From contig NC_002677.1 in the NCBI RefSeq assembly GCF_000195855.1, forward strand, positions 1,080,001 through 1,112,000: DNA of 32,000 nucleotides, in the 5' to 3' direction. This stretch comes from Mycobacterium leprae TN. Its GTDB lineage: Bacteria; Actinomycetota; Actinomycetes; Mycobacteriales; Mycobacteriaceae. The number at the start of each line of letters is the position of its first letter. Position 1 is the stretch's first letter. The position numbers were made by a program, and so were the translations under genes. Positions 21,349 through 29,908 of this stretch are shown one piece after another. The notes under the pieces are model-generated. The model ran no database searches and had not been told where the DNA came from. It saw only the letters and a program-made list of their open reading frames with translations.

Positions 21349-22020
21349 ATGGTGTGCCGCCTGATTATGCGCGCATGCGTTGCGCCGGGTGCCGTCATGG
21401 CATTCTTGCCCAATCCGTCACCGGCATTGGCCAACGCAGACCCCACGTTGATTTCTCGGGCATGGGAATCCGACAGGACAAACGCATTTGCACCTTGGGT
21501 TATGTCGATCCGAATCTAAAAAATCGCATTCACTTCCGGGCACTGCCGTTGTGGGGAGCGGTCGCCGACCGGGACACGATGTCATCGGCCATCTTGCGAC
21601 ATTCCGGGACAACAAGCCCAGTAGCACGACAGTGGCCACTGATTAGTTAATCGTTGACTAAGAGGCGATTGTGCTTGTCGATCACGTGACAGTAAGCAAT
21701 ATTTTGTCCGGCAGGCGTCGACTGGAATAAAACCCAACCGTGGTGGTTCAGCCTGGACAAGCGATATGCCCTTTGGTGCTATCACTTGTTAGACTGGTGG
21801 AACTGTGGCGAGCGCCAACAACGGGTGGGTTCACCCTGTCCCACAGCATCCAGAGCCAGAAAGCCGATTCGAAGGGTATACCTGGCCCCCACTGAGGCCA
21901 CGGGCGAATCGTCGGGATTTTTAGCAGTGTCTGGGGATTTGCCCGCGGCGGTGTCGTGACGGTCCACCTCCAGAATAGGTCCGTCAGGATCTTGGAATGA
22001 TCTCCAATCCCCGTTGGTGT
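21349..22020 (+). pseudogene. Secreted chymotrypsin-like (S1) protease-family pseudogene
   Basis: A signal-peptide-like MVCRLIMRACVAPGAVMAFLPNPSPALANADP is followed by GMGIRQDKRICTLGYVDPNLK, GGTVASANNGW, TLSHSIQSQKADSKGIPG (a degenerate GDSGGP serine box) and RIVGIFSSVWG, in three different frames. The 3' limit is approximate. Confidence 0.5.
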
Positions 22021-22585
22021 TTACCGGCGGGAAGGGTGGGTGTGCACACATCGGAATCAAGGGTCCGGCAGCATTCAGCTGCTAGTCAGTTGATTCCGGT
22101 TTGAATCTTGTGAAATACCCTTTGACCTGTCAATACTACCTAGCCGGATAGCGCTTCAACAATCCAAGTTTGGTGGCATTGGGTACCTCACTGATCCCGG
22201 TGTCAGTACGAAGCGATCTTGATGATGCCGGCTGCCCCGACATTGCCCACCCACTAGGCGTTACCGCCCGGAGAGGCGACATAGCCGACGCCGTCAGCGC
22301 TCGGCAGGTTGATCACCACGGTAGGTTGTTTACCTGTATGGCGGCCACACGGCCCACAGTGCTCGGGTCCCGGTGATGCTGATTCCCAGTTCGTCCAGCT
22401 AAACGGATTACCGTGTTAGCGGCCCGCGTGGTGCGGTTCTGCTCTGTATGTCGCGTGGACATTGTGCATACTTATCGATCGGGTTATTATAATGTGAGAG
22501 GAGTGTTTTCGATATTGGTTACGCTGCCACAGCATTGACGGAAATGCATTCAGAGTGGTGATCTCGGTTGTGTCAGACTGGCTGC

Positions 22586-23233
22586 ATGGGCAAACGGCAG
22601 GACTCGCGGGAGAACGTCGAAGTGCAAATTGTGGAACTGAATCGTCACCAGCTGGTCGATTACGGCGTAGCTGGATTCTCGCTACGTGCAGTAGCTCGCG
22701 CCCTGGGCATGGTTTCCTCGGCGGTGTACTGCTACGTGTCAAGCCGTGATGAGTAGTTGACCTTGCTGCTTGTCGACGCCTATTTCGAACTGGCCGACAC
22801 CGTGGAGCAGGCTCGCGACGCGGTAACTGTTAATTGGACTTAAGATATGACCGCCATCGCGTGGGCGGCGCGGCAATGGGCCGTCACGCACCCCGCTCGT
22901 TGGGCCTTGCTGTACGGCAGCCCGGCATCAGGATATCACGCTCTGGCGGAGCAGACCGTCGGAGTCGACACCCGGGTGATGGGAGTTTTTTCGACGCAGT
23001 AGCAGCCGGTATTGCCACCGGGAATATCAGGTTGACTAATGACCTTGTCCAGCAAACGATGTCACCGGACTTCGAATGGATTCGCCAAGAGTTCGGTTTT
23101 CCCGGCGATGATCACGTCGTCGTTAGAGTACTTTTTGTTGTGGTCAGGTGTGGTAGGTGCGACCAACCTGGAGGTCTTCGGGCAGTACGACACCAACATC
23201 CTGGCCGAAATGGAGGCAGGGTGTGACATCTAG
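22586..23233 (+). pseudogene. TetR-family transcriptional regulator pseudogene
   Basis: The N-terminal HTH is GFSLRAVARALGMVSSAVYCYVSSRDE, then an in-frame TAG (22754-22756) where TetR proteins have Leu (SRDE*LTLLLVDAY). The C-terminal domain WAARQWAVTHPARWALLYGSPASGYHA lies in another frame. The tail ends at 23233. Confidence 0.7.
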
Positions 23234-23838
23234 GTGCGGCTGTTGGTGGGTGTGTTGACGCAATATTGACGGTAGCGTTACTCGCGACTAATGGACCGAA
23301 ATTTGAATGCTTTCATTCGACTTTCCCCGACCCACTGATACTTATAGTGGTGAAGTTATCCTCAAGTCTGCCACCCCTTTCTGCCGGCCAGCAGGCTGGG
23401 CTATCCCGCGAAACGGTGCATCTTCCCGGTTCAGTCGTCGACACCGATCGCGTGGGTTACCCTTCGGACTTGGAATGCCACAGAAACGGCTCTGACCAGC
23501 CTGTTAGGCGTTCGCAAGTGGATATGCGGATTATTGATGGGCATTTTGCTTCGGATACCTGTAGTTACCGCAGCAAACCCATAGATTTTGTGGTCGAGTC
23601 CGGGGCGAGAGCATCTATAATGAATTTTGCGTGATAGCGGATTCGTTTTGCATCACATCTGCATCGAAGTTGATAGCCTCGACTTCTTCGATGTAGTGCG
23701 GAAGTGGTGCAGCAGGGCATGATGCCTGGCGCAATCCAGTTTGTCTATGTTAAAGCCCTAAGCGGGAGTTCCTTTCATTGAAATTGCTTATATTCCACCC
23801 GAAATTTCTATTTTTTACGACTATATCAACCAGGAGCA

Positions 23839-25288
23839 TTGGTGGACTCCGAATTTACAGCCACGGTCAACGCAGACACCGTGGCGTCCTGTTCAGATGA
23901 GGTCGATGTAGTGGTAATCGGGTTCGGTATTGGTAGCGGATGTGCGGCTGTCAGCGTCGCTGCTGCTGGTGCTCGAGCGCTCTGCCGTGGCGGGCTGGTA
24001 CCATTACTGCATTTGCTGGTGGGCACTTCTGCCTGGGCGGAGGAACCGCGGTCCAGCAGGTGACTGGGTCATCCTGCCTCGCCCGAGGAGAGTTACAAGT
24101 ACTCGGTTGCGGTGTCACGACAACTCGACCACGTTACCACGTTAAGATGTGCGCTTATTGCGATGGCAGTGTGGAGCACTTCAATTCGCTTGAAGAACTG
24201 GGTTTTCAGTTCGAACGCAGTTACTGCCCGGCGAAGGCGGTGATCCAACCCAACGCCGAGGGATTGATGTACACTAAAGACTACAAAGGTCTTACCGTTC
24301 TGCGAGATGGCGGTGCCGCGGAAGCACAAGGTGCCAGCAATGGTGATCGACCTGCTACTTCAACAGACTGCAAGCCTGGGTGTACAGATGTGTTACGGAA
24401 AACCGGTGTCATCCGTGTTTATTGTGGACGGTGTGGGCCAAAGGGGCCGCGTGAACGACGTTATGTGGAAGCGGTTCGTGGAGTCCGGTGCGGTCAAGGT
24501 GAAGGCCGTCCCCATCGTCGCTGGGGGATTTAGTGATGAAGCCGGATATGGTGGCCAAATACACTTCAAAATTGGCCGAGAAGCTTTTTGTGTTCGGAAA
24601 CATCTACGAAGACGGACTGGGCATCCATATGGGCGTATCAGCCGGCGGGTTCACCCTGCACATAGAGGGATGTTTTATGACGGCTTCGTCCTACCCGCTG
24701 TCGATTCTGTTCACCGGGATCATCGTCAACAAACTAGGACAGTGGTTCCTCATCGAAGACTCCTTATACCATTTCAGGACTGTCGTATTCATCATGGATC
24801 AGCCAGGTAGCGCCGCGTTTTGATCGTCGACAAGGCGTATCTGGAGGCATCTCACGATGTCGTTGGTTCCGCTGATTGACGGCTGGGAGAGCATCATCGA
24901 AAATGGTTGCTGCATTCGACATCCTGCCGGGCAGCCTAGCCGCGGCACTCGATCGCTACAACACCTACGTCGCGCTCGGCGAGAATCCCGATTTCCATAA
25001 GTAGCTGGAATTCCTTGCGCCGTAAGACGGCGGGAAGCGGGGTGCATTCGACCGGTCGCTGAATAAGGCGCTATACACCGGTTTAACCACTGGCGGGCTG
25101 GCTATGGCGGTGAACGGCCAGGTGCTGCACGCAGACGGCATTATAACGGCTGGCCTGTACGTGCCCGGGGGGCGTGCGCCTCCAGCATCGCCTATAGGAT
25201 GACGAGGGTTACGCTAGTCGGTACACAGTTAGGTTTAGGGTTTTTCTTCTGCCTCTGTGCAGGAGCGCACACGGCAGCGCTAGTCTAG
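23839..25288 (+). pseudogene. FAD-binding flavoprotein dehydrogenase (KstD/fumarate-reductase-like) pseudogene
   Basis: AGGAGC precedes TTG 23839/GTG 23842. Motifs are DVVVIGFGIGSGCAAVSVAAAGARAL (FAD GxGxxG), AFAGGHFCLGGGTAVQQVTG, CDGSVEHFNSLEELGFQFERSY, and the C-terminal TTGGLAMAVNGQVLHADGIITAGLYVPGG. The reading switches frame many times. Confidence 0.65.
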
Positions 25289-25689
25289 GCCGCTAGGGAT
25301 CCAGTCGCTGAGTTTCCGGCTGCAATTCGCAAGCAAATTGCCAGGCAAATTCGACGTTCCCGCAACGGACCTTACTTAGGCCACTTTTCTGTGGTTGCTC
25401 CGGCGTCGTGGTGGCCTACCTCGTACCGTGAAGACGGCTTTGCGGGCGATCGTGGTGCAGATCCTGTGGTCGGTAGAATCACCAGTACGCCCGCCGCAAA
25501 TACGAAAAACCACTGACCATTTTCTAACTCAGGTTTAGGGTTCGCGCCCGTGTTCACTGTGAACAAAAAATGATCTGTTGGGGCTTGATATAATGAAAAG
25601 ATTTGTAGAAACAGAATTTTTAGGCTATGATTTTATGAGGGGTTGAGCTAATTATACGCTTTGTTAAATGTTACTTACGATAGCCTAGA

Positions 25690-26100
25690 AACCGCGCAAT
25701 TGCGTAAACGGTACCATTTTCTCTGGCGTGTGTTCCTACTGGTAGAAAGTTGCTCGATATCGGATGCTTTTGGGGTGCAGCGGTAGAATTGACCCTAAGT
25801 CGGCCACAGGTTGGCTATATCCAGGATACGCGCAACGGAAAAGTGTCCTTTTAGGTCGCTGATTGGCTGGATTTCGAACCATCTTCGGTGGTCGATGGAA
25901 TCGTTTGCATCAGAGCAACCCAACCTCGCGCTAGATTCGGATGGTCGTATGAACAGAAAAAATTCGGTATTGCAAGTTCTTTGAAACCGGCCACCGGTGG
26001 TTGACCCCGGAAGAGTTCTTCTCCCTCCGAACTACCGGAAAAGAAATATTCCCCTGAATACACGTGGAATAGAAGATACGTTCTTTATCTTCCAACGTAC
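25690..26100 (+). pseudogene. Class I SAM-dependent methyltransferase remnant in low-GC DNA
   Basis: Three motifs occur in the right order: GRKLLDIGCFWGAAVEL (motif I, LDxGCGxG with Gly to Phe), ADWLDFEPSSVVDGIVCI (the acidic/fD.v motif) and SSLKPATGG (the LKPGG motif). They are interrupted by stops. The boundaries are loose. Confidence 0.35.
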
Positions 26101-26669
26101 TTTCCCAAAGTCAGGTCTGATGTGTTCGCTAGTGTTGTGTGTTGGTGATTGTTTTAACGTTTGATTTTGTTGAGGGGGTGTCTGCGGTCTGGGTTCAGGT
26201 GAACGGTGTGGTGTGTTCGTTGTAGGTGGGGATCGCGGTTTCGAGGTTGTTGATATCGGTGAACGTGTTGTGGCGGGTGATGGTGGTGAAGAAGATTTTG
26301 GTTATGTGTCAGCTATGAGCAGCTTGTCGGTGTGAAGTGCAGTGTGGCTTGCTGGTTATCCTGTAGCCAGGATCGGCTGCTGGGGGTTTGTGGGTTGGCG
26401 TAGTTGTCGCAGATTGGGGCATGCCTGTATGTGTGGGTGTGTTTTGGTGGCGAGTTTGAAGGTAGTGGCAGAATCGGTTTGGGTGTGATCCAGCTGCTTG
26501 GGTCTGGGGCTTCATTGTCGACGCTAGAGCATAATCGCGGCCGCGGGTTGAGTAGGCCTGGGGCGCGGTGTGGGTGTATTACTTTCGGTCCGTTTCCCAG
26601 ACTGGTCGCCGATCCTGGTGTGCGCGTCTTTGCGCACCGGGCTTTTCATGGTCACTACCGTTAGGCGGT

Positions 26670-27870
26670 GGGAATACTGGTCCAAGGGTTGGGTATTGTG
26701 GTGATTTGGTAGCGGTACCGGGTGACCGGTATCGAGGTCGGGTTCAATAGGGTGGTCTCTTCTGCGTCAATCGGTTTTCACCGTTTTTCGGAGGTGGTGA
26801 ACTGCCGGCGAATGTCTTTCCATCTCCGGCGATACAGTGCTCGAAACCACCGATGGTTGATCTGTGCCAGCACGGCCCCCGGATTGCGCTGTGATTTCCT
26901 GTTTGCCAGGGCACGGATCTTGGCTTTGACCGACCGTCGTGCCCGGTCGGCGATACAAGTCCTAGACATGCCCACGTGGTCGTTGCCTTCTTGGGTGTCC
27001 ACCCGGTGTGGAAGCCGCGAAAGTCCATACCAGTTACCGAAGTGCGCGGTCTTTGTCTTTGCAGTCGACAGCTGCAGACCTAGAGGCGTAAGCATCGAGT
27101 TTATTTCGTTTTGCAGGCCTCTGGCGTGTCTGGTCGCCATGTGCTGAGTACAACGCAGTCGTCCGCTACGCGGGACGACTGCGTTGTACTCAGCAGGCCT
27201 GTGACGCGGCGCCGACTAGGCAGGTAAGCAGTGGACATCGAGCCGCACGGTTTCCATGGCTGCATCCGATACTCATCGAGCCCAGGCAAGGCGATGTTGG
27301 TCAGCACCGGCGACAAGATATTGCCCTGAGACGTTCCGGTGTGAGTGTTCTGGTGCTCACCAGACTCGGTGAGCACACCGGCCTTAGAAAACGCCTTCAC
27401 CAGGACCAAGTACGCGTTTATCCTTGACTGGCAATAGCATCCGCTCCAACAGAGCAGAATGTGAGATAGAGTCACAGCGCACCTCAATGTCTGCATACAG
27501 CACCCACCGATAGCTTGTAGTGCTGTATTGGTGAATTTCGGCGATCGTGTCCCTGAGATCGCCGCTTGGGGGCGGAATCCAGGGGAGATCGGCTCGAAAG
27601 CGGCCTCGACGACAGGCTCCAACACCAGCTTCAACGCAGCCTGAACGACTCGATCCGCAGATTGTCCAACAACCCGCTACCTCGACGATTTCCTCAACAT
27701 GGGCTCCGGTCCGGGCGTCCACACCAGCAGTATTCGCCCCATAGTTGCCCGTGACCCAGTCAAACGCCACCAACAATGTTCGCCGGGTCACACACGAGAT
27801 TGAACAGGTCATCAAACCTGCGGCCACGATCGACCGACGATGACCCCAACCCGATAAATCGTGTTGGCCA
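26670..27870 (-). pseudogene. Group II intron-type reverse transcriptase/maturase pseudogene
   Basis: Minus-strand fragments in order: LLVAFDWVTGNYGANTAGVDARTG (RT-0/1), KLVLEPVVEAAFEPISPGFRPQ (RT-2a/3), WVLYADIEVRCDSISHSALLERM, GTSQGNILSPVLTNIALPGLD (RT-4), RVADDCVVLS (the YADD box), LGLQLSTAKTKTAHF (RT-7), AVLAQINHRWFRALYRR (X/maturase domain), and a terminal RYRYQITTIPNPW. At least 3 frameshifts or stops are present. Confidence 0.8.
27143..27194. repeat. Perfect palindrome (22-bp arms, 8-nt spacer) inside the RT pseudogene
   Basis: gctgagtacaacgcagtcgtcc (27143-27164), spacer gctacgcg, then ggacgactgcgttgtactcagc (27173-27194). The arms are exact reverse complements. Confidence 0.95.
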
Positions 27871-28999
27871 CACAACACCCAAGCAGGACCTAGGACGATT
27901 CCTCCCCTTCCCGACGCCACCCAAGGCCAAGGTGCCCCCGCTTCACCGTTCCTGCTGCGACAGGCCCGGCGGCGAAGATCTCTCACCTTCACTGCCATGC
28001 CAATCATCAGCACTTCGTGACGCACGTGGATCCAGGTCGAGCCCGACCACATCACGCCGTTTGGTCTCCCACGTCGGGGTCGGTAACGAACTTGAAGGTC
28101 TTCACGCGATGCGACTGGATGCCCCCACTTATGCCAGATCCGCGCGACCAAGGAAAACGAAATCCCCCACAGCCATCAACTGCTCCGGTGACGGGCCGCT
28201 CCGACGCTGAACGGCCGATTCGCATAACATCGCCGACCAACGTCTCTACGAGCACCATGACCTCATCGATCACCGAAGCACGTCCCGTCCCCGGCGTACC
28301 CGAACCGCGATATCAGTATCTAGCCACTCCATCGGACACCAACCACACAATCCACGCCCGTGTCACCTGCCCCACCAGCACCCACAACACCCTCGTCAAC
28401 CACCCCAGCCGACCCCGGTCGCCATCGCGCAACTCCAAGACAGCAACCACATACACCGCCCACTTACCTCAACCAACCACACCTAAACGCCTCAAAACCA
28501 CCCACCACTAGAACAACCCGTCTTCGAACTTAGTCGCCAATCCTTTGGTTATCTTTCCCCCACGGGTCGCTGTTACGCCGAATATCAAGCTATCCCACCG
28601 AAATTCTTGGGTGCTGGCTCCGACGCAAATGTCGTGTCCATGTAATCTGCGGTGAATTATCCTGGCTGGCAAAAAATAAAAACTAATCCGACTCCGGGCC
28701 GTCGACGACCATTACTCAACTCAAGTAAGAATCCGTTGATCATTAAGTCATTCATCTGTTCGGCTGATAAACCCTGCACAATTTTCATATAGCTCTGTTA
28801 CAGGGACTTGGTGACCGGGCAGTCAGCTATGTGTAGACTTTCGTCCTCGGTATATTTCTTAAATTTCGCTGCGAACATATCGCGCATGTCCTGATAGCTG
28901 TAGACGTTAGGCGCGTTGCTGGGTTTCTCCTCCATTAGGAAATAAGGGATGTTATTTTGTCGTCCACTGTTGGCTGCGGGATGGTGTCGTCGAGCGGAA

Positions 29000-29332
29000 T
29001 TTGCGGTATGTCATACTAGTCAGCTGCGCCCGCTGCGGCTGCTGTCCCGATGATGGTGGCCTTGGTGTCGTCATTAGGCATCCGCGCCAGGGGCAAAGGC
29101 GTTGGTGCACTCCTTATGGATTAATTCGTCCTGAACGGCGATTGCCTGGCAGAGCTGGCCCTACGCGCTATAACGCGCATAGCGTTGAGCAGTGACACCT
29201 CGTCCGGTGGCCACAGGTACGAGACCGGGCGTTGTGGCGGCAACCTCGGCATTGTTAGCACCTAGCTGCGCGGGGTGATCCCCTCTGTAGGTCGCCGCCG
29301 GCTGTCTCGGTGGCTTCTGGTTCTAATGTCAT
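29000..29332 (-). pseudogene. PE-family protein pseudogene (PE domain remnant)
   Basis: The minus strand from ATG (29332) reads MTLEPEATETAGGDL, then LGANNAEVAATTPGLVPVA, DEVSLLNAMRVIA, and CQAIAVQDELIHKECTNAF, across three frames. This follows the PE-domain consensus (M..PE..AA..L ... AA.PTT.V..AA.DEVS...A..F..HA..YQ..SAQA...H..FV..L). The 3' limit is approximate. Confidence 0.55.
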
Positions 29333-29674
29333 CCCAATAGGTGGAGGGGAAAAGAATGAGACATTCAGGATCTTCCCTATCCGATCTGGCCGAGATAAAA
29401 TTTACTGCATAACATAACCCCAGCGATCTGAGTGCACGCATCGCACCGACGCTCTTGCCGGTGATGAATTGCGGCAAACAAGGTAACTCGTGCGCAGCGC
29501 CCCACGAGAGGGGAAACCATCCAAAATACTGCAGCCCAGGAGTTCAAGTGGTATATAATACACACTCCTAAACCAACCGACCGGGCGGTTTCGTGCGGTG
29601 GAAGCAACATCGGGTGTGACTGTCGCTTGCCCCTACCGTCCTTGGCTTGCAGGCCCGTCGGCTAACTTTGCGCC

Positions 29675-29908
29675 ATGACTCGCCATGACTTTAGGCGAAA
29701 GAAACCAAGTGCGACTGGGTCGTCAGAGTGGACGATTTTCGGATCCGGCCCGGTATGGCTTAAATCGGCAACTGATCAAGGTGAACTTTCGGTTCAACAT
29801 GTGAAGATGCAGTTTAGCCAGTATTCTAGCGGTCTCCGACGCTTGCTAGCTGCTGAGCCTTTCCTGTACACTAAGCCAACTGTCGGCTTTCATGGAACAC
29901 TTCCTTGA
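29675..29908 (+). CDS. Hypothetical 77-aa ORF (orphan; may be non-coding or a gene fragment)
   Basis: An open ATG-initiated ORF overlapping the next ORF by 17 nt. It has no recognisable motif and no clear Shine-Dalgarno sequence. Confidence 0.2.
   Translation: MTRHDFRRKKPSATGSSEWTIFGSGPVWLKSATDQGELSVQHVKMQFSQYSSGLRRLLAAEPFLYTKPTVGFHGTLP

Larger units (their letters stand above)
26129..28511 (-). mobile_element. 2,383-bp dispersed-repeat-like element carrying a degenerate reverse transcriptase, bounded by CTAG at both ends (possibly the LEPREP family)
   Basis: Composition switches sharply from AT-rich flanks to a strand-skewed GC-rich body: GT-rich at 26129-26520 and CA-rich at 28230-28511 on the + strand. 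The ends are ctagtgttgtgtgttggtga (26129-26148) and tcaaaaccacccaccactag (28492-28511), which match at about 14 of 20 positions as inverted repeats. RT remnants lie inside. The length fits the ~2.4-kb LEPREP unit I recall, but this is unverified. Confidence 0.7.

Noticed and set aside
21782-22060. 92-aa minus-strand ORF with a glyoxalase/VOC-like ending (GDWRSFQDPDGPILEV)
   Set aside because: The + strand over the same bases gives several ordered S1-protease fragments, including the degenerate serine box. The VOC resemblance is a single short motif.
26606-26645. GC-rich hairpin (ggtgtgcgc gtcttt gcgcacc) downstream of the RT, considered as group II intron domain V
   Set aside because: In the RT sense strand it lacks the AGC triad/GUU pairing, the 2-nt bulge geometry and the GNRA loop. 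On the + strand it looks more like a generic hairpin followed by cttttc. This is not enough to call a ribozyme domain.
28017-28511. 164-aa + strand ORF in the head of the RT element
   Set aside because: This is a CA-rich low-complexity translation (PTSTHNTLVNHPSRP...). It lies opposite to the RT sense strand and has no motif.
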